Origin: an uncultured cyanobacterium
GTDB taxonomy: Bacteria > Cyanobacteriota > Cyanobacteriia > CAKZMO01
Assembly: GCA_963719515.1 (NCBI GenBank)
Contig: CAVRCJ010000010.1
Span: 480,001-544,000 of the forward strand
Length of the DNA: 64,000 nucleotides
Direction: 5' to 3'
Below, one piece after another: positions 30,815 to 41,743 of the stretch (positions are counted from its first letter, which is position 1; each line of letters begins with the position of its first letter). The position numbers and the translations under genes were made by a program. Under the pieces are notes generated by a model. It was not told the origin of the DNA. It saw only the letters and a list, made by a program, of their open reading frames with translations, and did not search any database.

Positions 30815-33800
30815 ATGCCTGACTCGCCTTCCCCCACTTCCCCCAGCGCCGCTAAAGACACCACCCATACGTCTAATAGCAGTGTGGCATCCGTCGAGTC
30901 AGACAGTCTTATCAGCGGTGCCAACAGCGACAGAGCCACGTCGTTCACGTCGCAGGATCCCACCGTTCCCTCCGCCAGCGTCCCCCGCGCTAAAGACGAC
31001 GTCATTCGCATTCGCGGCGCACGCCAACACAACCTCAAAAATGTTGATCTAGAGCTACCCCGCGATCGCCTCATCGTGTTTACGGGCGTCTCCGGCTCCG
31101 GCAAGTCTTCCCTCGCGTTCGACACCATTTTTGCTGAGGGCCAGCGCCGCTACGTGGAGTCTTTGAGCGCCTACGCCCGCCAGTTCTTGGGCCAGGTAGA
31201 TAAACCTGACGTAGATGCCATTGAGGGATTAAGCCCCGCCATTTCCATCGACCAAAAATCTACTTCCCACAATCCCCGCTCCACCGTAGGCACCGTCACC
31301 GAAATCTACGACTACCTGCGGCTGCTGTTTGGCCGCGCCGGAGAGCCCCACTGCCCCCATTGTGATCGCTCCATCGCCCCCCAAACCATTGATCAGATGT
31401 GCGATCGCCTTAAGGCACTCCCGCCCCGCACTCGCTTTCAGATTCTCGCGCCGGTGGTGCGAGGCAAAAAGGGCACCCACAAAAAGCTGCTGTCGAGCCT
31501 GGCAGCGGAGGGGTTCGCGCGGGTGCGCATCGGCGGCGAAGTGCGAGACCTATCAGATTCTATTGAGTTGGACAAAAACCACTCCCACGACATTGAGATT
31601 GTGGTAGACCGGCTCGTGCAAAAGGAAGGTATTCAGGAGCGGCTGGTAGATTCGCTCACCACTTGCCTAAAGCGGTCGGGGGGCATTGCCGTTGTAGATG
31701 TTGTCTCCTGGGGAGAGGGGGAGGCTGCGGCGGGGGTCGCCGAGGCGGAAAGCAACGGCAATACTGTCGTCTCCCTAGAGAGGCGACGGCTGCGGGCAGC
31801 AGAGGCGACGGTAGACTACGGCGAGGCAGCTCCGCGCACCCCCCAGCCCGAAAAAGAAATCGTCTTCTCCGAAAACTTTGCCTGCCCGGTCCATGGCGCA
31901 GTCATGGAAGAACTTTCCCCCCGCTTGTTTTCATTCAACTCTCCCTATGGAGCCTGTAGCCACTGCCACGGTCTGGGAGACCTGCGCACCTTTACGGCAG
32001 AGCTGGTGGTTCCCAAGCCTGAGCTACCCGTCTATTCGGCGATCGCCCCCTGGTCCGATAAAGACAGCACCTACTACTTTTCTCTCCTCTACAGCGTCGG
32101 ACAGGCCTTCGGCTTCGAGATTCAAACCCCTTGGGAAGAGCTAACTCCAGAGCAGCGCCATATTATCCTCCACGGCTCTAAGGAGAAAATCAAGATTGAG
32201 ACCGACTCCCGCTATGGCAACAAGCGGGGCTACCAGCGGCGCTACGAGGGGGTGCTGCCTATGCTAGAGCGCCAGTACCGAGAAAGCTCTTCGGATAGCT
32301 ACAAGCAAAAGCTAGAGCAGTATCTGGTGGACCAGAGCTGCGAGGTGTGCGGGGGCGATCGCCTTAAGGCTGAGTCCTTGGCGGTACGTATCGGCCAGTT
32401 CAGCATCCAGGACTTCACCAACGTTCCCATCCATATTGCCCTAGACCGCATCAATGCCCTAAGGCTCACCTCCCGGCAGGCCCAGATCGGGGAGCTGGTG
32501 CTCAAAGAAATTAGAGCCCGGCTGCAGTTTCTGCTGGACGTAGGCCTAGATTACCTGACCTTGGACCGGCGGGCCATGACGCTCTCCGGCGGAGAGGCTC
32601 AACGCATTCGGCTGGCGACCCAAATTGGCGCGGGGCTGACCGGCGTGCTCTACGTCTTGGACGAACCTAGCATCGGGCTGCACCAGCGGGACAACAGCCG
32701 CCTGCTGACAACGCTCAACATGCTGCGCAGCTTGGGCAACACCTTGATTGTGGTAGAGCACGACGAAGACACGATTCGCGCGGCGGACTACATAGTGGAC
32801 ATTGGCCCCGGTGCGGGGGTACACGGCGGTAGAATTGTGGCTCAGGGCAGCCTAAAGAATTTACTCACCTCAGAAGACTCTCTGACGGGGGCTTACCTCT
32901 CCGGTCGCCGCCGCATCGCCACGCCGTCCGAGCGGCGGAACGGCAACAAGCGACAGCTCACCATCAAAGGCGCTCACCGCAATAACCTCCAGGGTATTGA
33001 CGTCAGTATTCCCTTGGGCAAGCTGGTATGCGTGACTGGGGTTTCGGGTTCAGGCAAGTCTACCTTGGTGAACGAGCTGCTGTACCCTGCTCTCCGCCAT
33101 CACTTTGGCCACAAGGTGCCTATGCCAAAAGAAGTAAAGGAGATCAAGGGGCTGGGCGCTTTGGATAAAGCGGTGGTAATCGACCAGTCCCCGATTGGCC
33201 GCACGCCGCGCTCCAATCCTGCCACCTACACCAGCGTATTTGACGTCATTCGGGAGCTGTTTTCTCAAACGGTGGAAGCTAAGGCGCGGGGCTACAAGCC
33301 GGGGCAGTTTTCCTTCAACGTCAAGGGGGGCCGCTGCGAGGCCTGCGGCGGCCAGGGCGTGAACGTCATTGAAATGAACTTTTTGCCCGATGTCTACGTG
33401 CAGTGCGACGTCTGTAAGGGCGCTCGCTACGACCGCGAGACCCTGCAGGTGAAGTACAAAAGCAAGTCTATCTCCGACGTGCTCAATATGACGGCGGAAG
33501 AGGCCCTAGACTTTTTCCAGAATATTCCCAAGGCGTCGGCGCGGCTGCAGACCATGGTGGATGTAGGGCTAGGCTACGTGCGCTTGGGACAGACGGCCCC
33601 TACGCTCTCAGGCGGAGAGGCCCAGCGGCTGAAGCTGGCAACGGAGCTGTCGCGGCGGGCGACGGGCAAAACGCTGTATCTCATTGATGAGCCCACCACA
33701 GGACTCTCTTTCTACGATGTCCACAAGCTGCTGGACGTGCTGCAGCGCTTAGTGGACAAGGGCAACTCGGTGCTGGTGATTGAGCACAACTTAGATGTGA

Positions 33801-33952
33801 TTCGCTGCGCCGATTGGCTCATCGATCTAGGCCCTGAGGGAGGCGATCGCGGCGGCAAGGTGGTGGCTGTAGGCACGCCGGAAGAGGTTGTGACGATAGA
33901 AGAGTCTTACACGGGGTACTACCTGAAGCAGGTGCTAGCTCAGCACGGGTAG
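30815..33952 (+). CDS. uvrA: Excinuclease ABC subunit A
   Basis: Two GVSGSGKS Walker A motifs, two LSGGEAQR motifs and zinc fingers. Confidence 0.98.
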   Translation: MPDSPSPTSPSAAKDTTHTSNSSVASVESDSLISGANSDRATSFTSQDPTVPSASVPRAKDDVIRIRGARQHNLKNVDLELPRDRLIVFTGVSGSGKSSLAFDTIFAEGQRRYVESLSAYARQFLGQVDKPDVDAIEGLSPAISIDQKSTSHNPRSTVGTVTEIYDYLRLLFGRAGEPHCPHCDRSIAPQTIDQMCDRLKALPPRTRFQILAPVVRGKKGTHKKLLSSLAAEGFARVRIGGEVRDLSDSIELDKNHSHDIEIVVDRLVQKEGIQERLVDSLTTCLKRSGGIAVVDVVSWGEGEAAAGVAEAESNGNTVVSLERRRLRAAEATVDYGEAAPRTPQPEKEIVFSENFACPVHGAVMEELSPRLFSFNSPYGACSHCHGLGDLRTFTAELVVPKPELPVYSAIAPWSDKDSTYYFSLLYSVGQAFGFEIQTPWEELTPEQRHIILHGSKEKIKIETDSRYGNKRGYQRRYEGVLPMLERQYRESSSDSYKQKLEQYLVDQSCEVCGGDRLKAESLAVRIGQFSIQDFTNVPIHIALDRINALRLTSRQAQIGELVLKEIRARLQFLLDVGLDYLTLDRRAMTLSGGEAQRIRLATQIGAGLTGVLYVLDEPSIGLHQRDNSRLLTTLNMLRSLGNTLIVVEHDEDTIRAADYIVDIGPGAGVHGGRIVAQGSLKNLLTSEDSLTGAYLSGRRRIATPSERRNGNKRQLTIKGAHRNNLQGIDVSIPLGKLVCVTGVSGSGKSTLVNELLYPALRHHFGHKVPMPKEVKEIKGLGALDKAVVIDQSPIGRTPRSNPATYTSVFDVIRELFSQTVEAKARGYKPGQFSFNVKGGRCEACGGQGVNVIEMNFLPDVYVQCDVCKGARYDRETLQVKYKSKSISDVLNMTAEEALDFFQNIPKASARLQTMVDVGLGYVRLGQTAPTLSGGEAQRLKLATELSRRATGKTLYLIDEPTTGLSFYDVHKLLDVLQRLVDKGNSVLVIEHNLDVIRCADWLIDLGPEGGDRGGKVVAVGTPEEVVTIEESYTGYYLKQVLAQHG

Positions 33953-33967
33953 GTCAAGCCAAGGCAT

Positions 33968-34660
33968 TTACTTCCAGCTGAAAAGCTGAAGTTCCCCTGT
34001 GGCGTTACTAGCTGTGACGGCGACCCTAAACTCTGGGCCTATTTGCAGGCTGGATAAAGACCAAGTTTCAGGCCGTTTGGCCGTCGCTATCTTTTGAATT
34101 CCTTCCCCTGTAGCTTTGATGTACGCTTCTTTTTGAGTCCATAAATCAAAGAAGCGCTGCACCTGTAGCGGTCCTGAAAGCGCTTTTAAATCTGCCTGCT
34201 CTTGCTCTGAGAAGTATCGGTGAGCGAGCCTCAGCAGTGATGAAACAGGGCGGACATATTCCACATCGACACCGATATCACCCTGCGAGATGAGCGCGTA
34301 GACCGCGACGTCCCGTGAGTGAGATAGGTTGAACTGCAGCTGTGGCTGGCTATGGGACGCGCCGAGAAGCGGCTTGCCGCGATCGCTGTAGGCAAAATTG
34401 ATAGCGTCGGGAGGGCAGTGCAGGTATCGACCTAGAATTAGCCGTAGCGTGCCTCGGGCCACCACAAAGCGTCGGCTGGCGGGCGATCGCAAGCGATTCG
34501 CCCGCTCAATCTCATCCTCTGACAGCAGACCGGCTCGGTGGCGAAGGCGGTCTGGTGGAATGTCCAAAGACGCCTTCCACAAATGGATGGCCCCTGACGT
34601 CAGCCCAGTGAGCTGAGAGGGGCCGCGCCAGCAGAGCTCATCTGACGGAATCAGCGGCAC
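33968..34660 (-). CDS. Sfp-type 4'-phosphopantetheinyl transferase
   Basis: GKP, FNLSHS, IGVDVE and WTQKEAYIKATG motifs. Confidence 0.92.
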   Translation of the reverse strand: MPLIPSDELCWRGPSQLTGLTSGAIHLWKASLDIPPDRLRHRAGLLSEDEIERANRLRSPASRRFVVARGTLRLILGRYLHCPPDAINFAYSDRGKPLLGASHSQPQLQFNLSHSRDVAVYALISQGDIGVDVEYVRPVSSLLRLAHRYFSEQEQADLKALSGPLQVQRFFDLWTQKEAYIKATGEGIQKIATAKRPETWSLSSLQIGPEFRVAVTASNATGELQLFSWK

Positions 34661-34690
34661 GGGCGATCGTTTAATGGAGGTCAGCGGGCG

Positions 34691-35722
34691 CTAGGTGTTT
34701 TGAAAGCTCAGCTTAGGTCTGAACCCGTGCTTCACCGAAACTTCTCCGATACGAAGCATATTTTCAACCGTAATTTGGTTGCGTCCCCAGGAAAAATTGG
34801 TGTGCCATTTTTCAAACTCTAGCAGCATCGACTCCGCGAAACAGGCAAACAGCTGCCGACCCGGAATATCCATCTGAGCGATCTGCATGATCTGCCAGTC
34901 AATTTCTAGAGAATGCTCGACGATGCCGCCCTCTAGCACATAGACCTCAGGATGCTGTATTTTTGAGCCCATGTTCTTGGGGTAGCCTCCGTCCACCATC
35001 AGGCAGGGGTGCTTGAGGGTCTCAGGGTCAATTTCGACCCCTTTGGGCAAGCTGGCAACCCACACGACAATATCGGCGAGCGGCAGCGCCTCGGTGAGCC
35101 CCATGATTTTTCCTCGCCCCAAATCGCTCTGCAGCGCCTCAAGACGTTCTTGGTTTCTGGCGATTAGCAACAGCTCTTCAACGTCGGTGCGAGCATCAAG
35201 CCACCGGCACACAGCGCTGCCAATGTCTCCGGTTGCCCCACAAACCGCTACCACTGCATTGGACAAATTGATCCCCAGCTTTGCGGCAGCCTGCTCAACC
35301 TGACGACAAATGACGTAGGCGGTATGGGTATTGCCCGTAGTGAAGCGTTCAAACTCTAGATCAACGTTGCGGACGCGCCGATGCTGATCTAGGTTAAAGT
35401 TCTCAAAGATAATCGAGGAAAATCCACCCAGCGCCGTAATGTTAAGGTTGTTTTTTTGAGCCAGCGCCATGGCATTGAGAATTTTGCGGATGGCGGTTTT
35501 GACGCGGCGGTTTGTCAGCATCTCGGGCACGAAACAGGATTCGACGTACTGCCCTTTGATGGTCTGCCCAGTCGCGCTGGTAACCGTAATAGTATCGGCC
35601 ATCAAAGGCGGTGCCGAGCACCAAAAATCGAGACCCTGATCGGCATACTGTTGGAAGCCTAAGTGTTCGGCAGCCCGCCGCGCATGCTCAAGGCTTGTGA
35701 GATGACCAATCAACCCAAACAT
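34691..35722 (-). CDS. aar: Long-chain acyl-ACP reductase
   Basis: Starts [22 protein letters not shown] and FACFAE motifs; lies downstream of ado. Confidence 0.96.
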   Translation of the reverse strand: MFGLIGHLTSLEHARRAAEHLGFQQYADQGLDFWCSAPPLMADTITVTSATGQTIKGQYVESCFVPEMLTNRRVKTAIRKILNAMALAQKNNLNITALGGFSSIIFENFNLDQHRRVRNVDLEFERFTTGNTHTAYVICRQVEQAAAKLGINLSNAVVAVCGATGDIGSAVCRWLDARTDVEELLLIARNQERLEALQSDLGRGKIMGLTEALPLADIVVWVASLPKGVEIDPETLKHPCLMVDGGYPKNMGSKIQHPEVYVLEGGIVEHSLEIDWQIMQIAQMDIPGRQLFACFAESMLLEFEKWHTNFSWGRNQITVENMLRIGEVSVKHGFRPKLSFQNT

Positions 35723-35839
35723 AGTTCTTTGCTCGTAATCGTTGTTTAATAATTTAAAGAAAGCAGATGAAATCGAGACGCTCGCCATCCCAAGGCCACA
35801 CGTCTCGATAGCTACTTATTCAACTTTACCCAGCAGCGT

Positions 35840-36535
35840 CTAAGCCGCGACCAAGCCGTGAGACGACATCCGCATGATCTCACCGGTGGTAAAGCCAATG
35901 TTGCCTAAAGCTTCGCCATAGCTGATCATAAAGTCTTCGACCAGCGCCTCTTTCTCCATCCCCAGAATGGCGGCATCTTTCTCAACCTGGTTGAGCATGC
36001 GCCACACAATAGGCAGGTTTTGACGGTTGGCCTCCTTCAGCTCTTCCCGAGACTCTTCAAAGTTGGCCTTGAGCCACACTTCGCCAAAGTTGAGGTGCAT
36101 GTACTCGTCTTTGACCACCCCTTCGGTGATCTTGCGCGCAAAGGCATCGGCGACGGGGATATAGATGTTGTATGCGGCGATCGCAAACGCTTCGATAATT
36201 AGGGACTGAATAAGGAAACAAGTGACAACGTTACCCTGCTCAAGGGCTGTCTTAAAGTTGCCGTGTAAATCACCAAAGTACTCGCGGGCAAAGTCCATAT
36301 CGGGGTCAACCTCAAGGTTGCGCCCACAGGCCATAAACCCCTTCTTGTGACGGTTCTCCATCTTGGCCAAGCGAGTCAGCTCTTCTGAGGAGTCCGGCAG
36401 TAGCGAAGCGAGGCTCAGGTAATTATCGTACGCTTCCTGCTCGCCTTCGATGACGATAGCGTTGATGCGGCTATACGCATCTTTGTAGGCATCACTACTG
36501 AAGTTGATCTCTGGCGTAAGTGCGAGCTCTTGCAT
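35840..36535 (-). CDS. ado: Aldehyde-deformylating oxygenase
   Basis: [19 protein letters not shown]; di-iron ExxH motifs (ENRH, EYMH). Confidence 0.97.
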   Translation of the reverse strand: MQELALTPEINFSSDAYKDAYSRINAIVIEGEQEAYDNYLSLASLLPDSSEELTRLAKMENRHKKGFMACGRNLEVDPDMDFAREYFGDLHGNFKTALEQGNVVTCFLIQSLIIEAFAIAAYNIYIPVADAFARKITEGVVKDEYMHLNFGEVWLKANFEESREELKEANRQNLPIVWRMLNQVEKDAAILGMEKEALVEDFMISYGEALGNIGFTTGEIMRMSSHGLVAA

Positions 36536-36976
36536 GTGACTTCAACATCCCCTTGAGTTCTATTTAAGTAGTAGCTAGGTTCGATCGGCGTAGCAATCGT
36601 AGGGCATAAACCCTTAAACGGTGCTTATCATAAAGCCTGATATCCCAGCGCTGTCAAGTCTCTAATGTTCTAATCTTGGCCTATATTAGCTAGGTTTGCT
36701 GCGTTTACAGCTCACCTATAAGGTGAACAAATCAGTCAGCTTCTCCAAGCAGGGCTAACTCAATGCATGTAGCATAAATAAGTCGGTGACCGTAGTATAA
36801 ACAAGCTATGTCTAGGTCAAGAGGAAAAACTCTCCCATGGGAAGAACCCACTTCCCAGAAAGATTTTGGTAATAGAGCCCGATCGGTTATTTCTAGTGCT
36901 TCCTTCATGGTAGATAGAGAAGTCGCGCCAGCAGGTTTGAGTTTGGGCCACTATCGCGGCTGTCACATGTCGGCAC

Positions 36977-38776
36977 CTATACCAAAGAAGTCACTGCAGC
37001 GGTCTCTGCGCCTGTTCCCCGGGTACCAGAGTAGACAAGCCCTCGCTTGAGGTCCAGCGTCAAAATGGTGCCATCTCGAATCACATCAGTGGCGTTTTCA
37101 ACCCCAAGAATAACCGGCACCCCCAGCCGCAGACCAATGGTGGCGGCGTGGCCAGTTAGGCTGTCATCTTCGGTGATGATGCCGGAGGCGTTGCGAATAG
37201 CTTCAACGTAGTCAGCACTGGTGTGAGACACCACCAGAATTTCGCCTGGGTTGAAGCTACCCGCATCCATCGAGTCGTGGACAATTCTGGCCCGGCCGTT
37301 GACGGTTCCCTGGCCGATGCCGATGCCTTTCCCCATCACTGCCGTGACGATTTCGACCTTGACGAGGTCAGTGGAGCCCGCAACGCCCTGTAGCGTGCCT
37401 GCCGTCATCACCACCAAATCGCCTTCCCGCAGCAGGTTGACCTCCTGGGAGACGCTGAGCGCTGCCCGAAAGGTCTGACCGGCTGAAGGGAGGTCCAAAA
37501 CCAACAGCGGTTTAACCCCCCAAGAGAGCTGAAGCTGGCGGGCGACGTCGGTGTGGGGGGTAACCGCCAAGATGGGCGTCTGAGGGCGGTATTTGGACAC
37601 GTTCCTCGCTGTCGCACCAGTTTTGGTCAGGGTCATAATGGCGGCGGCGTCGAGCTGAGCGGCGATCCGACCTACCGCTTGGCTGATGGCATTGGGAATG
37701 GTGTGGCCAAGCTTTTCTTCAAAGGTACGGCTAGTGAGCTGATCGCGCTCTAGACGTACGGCAATGCGCGCCATGGTCTCCACTGACTGGACGGGATATT
37801 CGCCGACGGCGGTTTCGTTAGAGAGCATCACGGCGTCGGTGCCGTCCAAAATGGCGTTGGCTACGTCGGAGATCTCAGCGCGAGTGGCGCGGGGGCTGTG
37901 GGCCATGCTGTCGAGCATCTGAGTGGCCGTAATCACGGGGATGCCGAGGCGGTTGGCGATCGCAATTAGCCGCTTCTGCAGGATGGGCACCTCTTCCGCC
38001 GCCACCTCTACCCCGAGGTCACCCCGAGCGACCATAACGCCGTCACAAACGGACAGGATGGCCTCCATTTGCTCGATGGCCTCGTGCTTCTCAATTTTGG
38101 CAATTACCGGCACGTGCTTGCCGGCGCTTGAGATCAGTTCCTTGATTTCTAGGATGTCTTGAGGATTACGCACAAAGCTCAAAGCAACCCAGTCAACCCC
38201 TTGATCTAAGCCAAACACTAGGTCTTTGCGGTCTTTTTCCGTCAGCGCTTTGATAGAGAGGTAGACTCCCGGGAAATTTACCCCTTTGTTGTTGGAGAGC
38301 TGGCCCCCGATCACCACGCGGCAGTGAAGCTCTCCTGTTTCCGGTGAGACTTCGTCGACAACCATCTCTACCCGGCCGTCATCAATCAGAATGGTCGCCC
38401 CTGGCGACACCTCTTCTGCCAGCTTGTCGTAGGTTACAGAGCTAATGGTTTGCGTGCCGGGAATCTCTTTGCTCGTCAGCGTAAATGGGTCACCCACCTC
38501 CAGCTGGATGGGACCCTCTTGAAATCGGCCCAGCCGAATTTTAGGCCCCTGCAAATCCTGGAGAATTGCGACGGGCTGGTTGAGTTCAAAGGACAGCTGA
38601 CGGATCAGCCTAATGTTGCGCTGGTGGTCTTGATGAGTTCCGTGGGAGAAGTTGAGTCTGAGCGTCGTCGCGCCCGCTTCAATCAGGGCCCGAAGCGTGT
38701 CGGGATCGCTGGTCGCCGGGCCGATGGTCGCGACGATCTTAGTGCGGCGAATAATGTCATGAGGTGGTGTAAGCAT
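36977..38776 (-). CDS. pyk: Pyruvate kinase with C-terminal PEP-utilizer mobile domain
   Basis: RRTKIVATIGP, MVARGDLG and DAVMLSNETA motifs. Confidence 0.97.
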   Translation of the reverse strand: MLTPPHDIIRRTKIVATIGPATSDPDTLRALIEAGATTLRLNFSHGTHQDHQRNIRLIRQLSFELNQPVAILQDLQGPKIRLGRFQEGPIQLEVGDPFTLTSKEIPGTQTISSVTYDKLAEEVSPGATILIDDGRVEMVVDEVSPETGELHCRVVIGGQLSNNKGVNFPGVYLSIKALTEKDRKDLVFGLDQGVDWVALSFVRNPQDILEIKELISSAGKHVPVIAKIEKHEAIEQMEAILSVCDGVMVARGDLGVEVAAEEVPILQKRLIAIANRLGIPVITATQMLDSMAHSPRATRAEISDVANAILDGTDAVMLSNETAVGEYPVQSVETMARIAVRLERDQLTSRTFEEKLGHTIPNAISQAVGRIAAQLDAAAIMTLTKTGATARNVSKYRPQTPILAVTPHTDVARQLQLSWGVKPLLVLDLPSAGQTFRAALSVSQEVNLLREGDLVVMTAGTLQGVAGSTDLVKVEIVTAVMGKGIGIGQGTVNGRARIVHDSMDAGSFNPGEILVVSHTSADYVEAIRNASGIITEDDSLTGHAATIGLRLGVPVILGVENATDVIRDGTILTLDLKRGLVYSGTRGTGAETAAVTSLV

Positions 38777-38912
38777 TTCTGGACTCCCAACAGAAAACAG
38801 TCATCTCCACTCTGCACATTGAAAGACAGAGAGCAACGCGAATAGTAGCATGTTTACGTTATCGAAACATTATCAGCTGCCCTAGCAAAGACGTGACGAA
38901 GATTGGCAAAAT

Positions 38913-38933
38913 CCCCCGGCGCTACGCCGGGGG
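38913..38933. terminator. GC-rich hairpin downstream of the COP23 gene
   Basis: CCCCCGGCG-cta-CGCCGGGGG with an A-run on its left (U-tract on the minus strand). Confidence 0.55.
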
Positions 38934-38952
38934 GAAAGGCTCAAGCCGGTGC

Positions 38953-39669
38953 CTAGCGAAACGCCTCTGGGTTTAGCGATCGCCCTGAAGGCTGTACCTG
39001 TGAGCGTAGGGCTGTCCCCGTTCCGCCGTCGGCTGGGTCTAAAAACGGCCTCAGGTTTATCGCTGCGCTAGAGGGCACCGCCCCGGAAGGGGACGCCGAG
39101 CCCTGGCCTCCCGGCAAATCTAGGCCAAGTTCGCGCCCAATCCGGCGCAGAATTCCATCGCTACCGCTAGTGTATGTAGTGACTGCTGTGGTCTCCTGGC
39201 CCTGGTTAGCGATCGCCAGGTTTTCAAACACGCGGTCCCTCGTCTGCAGGGGGTCTTGCCCTTGAGGGACCGTGAAGACAATCCGGCACTCGCTGTTCGC
39301 TTCCGTGGTGGCACAGACGGTGTTGTAGCCGTTCTCAACGTCGGTACGTAGCTCCAGTAGGCCATCAGGGCGATAGAGCTCTAGGCGGCGACCAATCTCA
39401 GCGCAGCGGCGATCGGCAAACCAACCCCCTCCCATGTCTTCTGGGGTTGCCCAAGAATAGAGCTGGTCAGGCTGACTCTCTGGGTTGTACATGATGGTGT
39501 ATTCCCCATCGGCCAGCTGGCAGCTAAAGCGAGTTGAGCTCGCGGTGGGGTCGGTATCGCCGGCGTCTTGAGCGATCGCGGCGGGGGCAATCATCGCGGG
39601 GGCGATCGCACTGGCCGCAAGTAGGGCGGCGGCGAGTTGTGTAGGTTTGAACGGCGGGATGTAACGCAT
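38953..39669 (-). CDS. COP23-domain secreted protein
   Basis: Signal peptide, TRFSC, GGGW...RRCAEI and NGYNTVC. Confidence 0.8.
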   Translation of the reverse strand: MRYIPPFKPTQLAAALLAASAIAPAMIAPAAIAQDAGDTDPTASSTRFSCQLADGEYTIMYNPESQPDQLYSWATPEDMGGGWFADRRCAEIGRRLELYRPDGLLELRTDVENGYNTVCATTEANSECRIVFTVPQGQDPLQTRDRVFENLAIANQGQETTAVTTYTSGSDGILRRIGRELGLDLPGGQGSASPSGAVPSSAAINLRPFLDPADGGTGTALRSQVQPSGRSLNPEAFR

Positions 39670-39923
39670 GGATGTCCTTATGAAACGCAACGCAAAGAGG
39701 GTAGTGACGGGTCAGCAGAATAACAGGCTCAAAAAAGGCTAAAGGTCTGCGGATTCAGCTCGATAGCGGCTGTAGCCATAGATAACGCTTAGGGCTACTA
39801 CAATCTCTGTGCCTTAGCGCCAAATGCTTCGTCGTCAGATGCATTAACAAGAGTTATGGGTTCACGTAAAACCTGGTGTAAAGTTTTATGAAAAAGAACC
39901 GTATATCTTGCTACACTACTTCT

Positions 39924-40076
39924 CAAGAAGCGAGACGAGACCGCCTTCGGTTATCGCTCAGGCAGCCCTGGGAACGCAATGGCTGACTTTTTCTACTGAT
40001 ATAGAACGTTTGAGACTGCAACGACATCGTATCAATTTGACAGAGACAGAGGCTGGCCTTCACGGGCCAGCTTTTT
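39924..40076 (+). ncRNA. Candidate small regulatory RNA
   Basis: -10-like TACACT at 39912-39917, about 150 nt without a convincing ORF, and a strong terminator. Confidence 0.45.
40052..40076 (+). terminator. Intrinsic terminator
   Basis: GCTGGCC-ttcacg-GGCCAGC followed by TTTTT. Confidence 0.75.
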
Positions 40077-40267
40077 AATTGGTCTAATTCAGGCAAGGCC
40101 TGTAGGCGCGTAGCGTGGCGTGCCCCCTGCCAGCAATTCTCATCTTAGAAAACATAAGCAACTGACCGTTTGACTACGCTTTTTACCCCACCCACGATTG
40201 AACTCTAGCGCGGCAGTCCCTAATCTCAGCGCAGCGGATTAGGGAAGGATAGGGGACGGCTTCGCCG

Positions 40268-40678
40268 TCAATCAGTCGGTGCATCTTGGCGGTGGATGTA
40301 TTGTTTAAGCATTTCGATTGGGGCTCCGCCAGCGCTAGCGACATAGTAAGCGTTGGACCAAAACGCTTTATGTCCCCCGTAGTGTTCTTTGTACTGCTGG
40401 GGAAATTCTTTTTTCATGGTGCGGCTGGTTGCGGCTTTAAGGCTGCCAACGAGCGCAGAGATTGAGTTGCGTGGATGGAAGTCAACAAGTAGGTGGATGT
40501 GGTCCGCTTCCCCTGAGAACTCCAGCACCCTACACCCCATCTTCACGCAGACCTGAGAAATCATTTCCTCAATCCTAGCAAGCATTTCAGAGTTGATGGC
40601 TTTGCGCCTGTAGTGCGTTACAAATACTAGGTGCAGGTGCACGCTAAAAACGCTGTGACTTCCTTTTCTTGTTGGCAT
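40268..40678 (-). CDS. tnpA: IS200-family Y1 transposase TnpA
   Basis: HLVFVTHYRR, DHIH (HUH motif), FWSNAYY and catalytic-helix QYI; start MPTRKG. Confidence 0.93.
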   Translation of the reverse strand: MPTRKGSHSVFSVHLHLVFVTHYRRKAINSEMLARIEEMISQVCVKMGCRVLEFSGEADHIHLLVDFHPRNSISALVGSLKAATSRTMKKEFPQQYKEHYGGHKAFWSNAYYVASAGGAPIEMLKQYIHRQDAPTD

Positions 40679-40707
40679 TTGGGCTAGGTGTAGGCTATTA
40701 TGGGCAC

Positions 40708-41612
40708 ATGGTAACAACTCGCCGCGTCACTTTCAAGCTGTATCCGTCCGCCACTAAGGCGGCGAAGCTGCATGATGCGCGGAAGTTGCACCAGTATCTG
40801 TACAATGCCGCACTAGCAGATCGCCGCGATATGTATAAGCGGTGGGGCGTCTCGGTGGACTACTTTGCTCAGCAAAACTGTTTGCCAGCATTTAAGAGAG
40901 AGTGGCCTGAGTACAAAGGGCTAGCCAGTCACGCCTTGCAAGCGACTCTAAAGCGGGTTGACCTAGCATTTCAGGGCTTTTTCAATGGCCTGCGGGGTTA
41001 CCCCAAGTTCAAGGCATTCCGCTACTACAGAGGTTGGACATATCCTTGCAAGTCAGGATGGAAAGCCCATACCGATGGTACAAATGGCTACTTGGAGCTG
41101 AGAGATTTGGGGTTGCGCATTCAGATGCGCGTTGGCTTCACCAGGTAACCAGCAGCATAGTACGCGATAACAGCCTAGTTGCTGGCGAACAACTCAACGT
41201 CAAGGGCATGACCCGCAAGGCCCAGAAGGGTAAGCGGAAAAAGCAAAAGGCCGGTCTCAACCGCTCTATCTTGTCGGTAGGGTTTGCCGAGATTGGCAAG
41301 CTGCTATCCTACAAAGAGGCTGAGGCCGGTGGATTCTATGTCGAGTCACCTACCCGGCAGCTTAAGCCTACTCAGCGGTGTGCTGTGTGCTGACAGACGA
41401 CGCCCAAGACGATGGCTGAGCGCACTCACGTATGCCAGCACTGCGGTCATGTTGAGGACCGCGATACCAATGCTGCCCAGGTCAACCTGATCTGGGCCAA
41501 GGGGCAGGAACTGTCCTTAAGCCGTCGATCCACTAGCTCCACTGATTGCCGAAGCATGAAGCGCCTAGCGGAAATGAAACGCGCGAAACGTCTAGCTCAG
41601 CCTTGCGGCTAG
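40708..41612 (+). pseudogene. tnpB: tnpB pseudogene (internal deletion and nonsense mutation)
   Basis: Relative to element C, about 346 bp including RuvC-I is missing at 41131/41132, causing a frameshift; TGG>TGA at 41391. Confidence 0.9.
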
Positions 41613-41743
41613 ACGTAGTTCATAGTGGACTGAAAGTGCAGGCCAATTGAGAATACCCACTAGAGTGGGTCAAGGCTTCTAGACTGGGTTCTATGCAGCA
41701 GTGCGTTCTCCAGGAGCGTATCCGGAAAACTTCGCTGAGCCGC

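Larger units (their letters stand above)
40203..41623 (+). mobile_element. IS605-type element D (tnpA + decayed tnpB)
   Basis: Same left and right ends and (T)TGAA target as element C; divergent tnpA/tnpB arrangement. Confidence 0.9.

Noticed and set aside
33968..36535. ado-aar-PPTase as a novel biosynthetic cluster
   Set aside because: This is the standard cyanobacterial alkane pathway next to a common Sfp-type PPTase.
17807..41645. TnpB guide flanks targeting other genes in this window
   Set aside because: By eye, none of the right-flank sequences matched elsewhere in the window; a genome-wide search could not be run.
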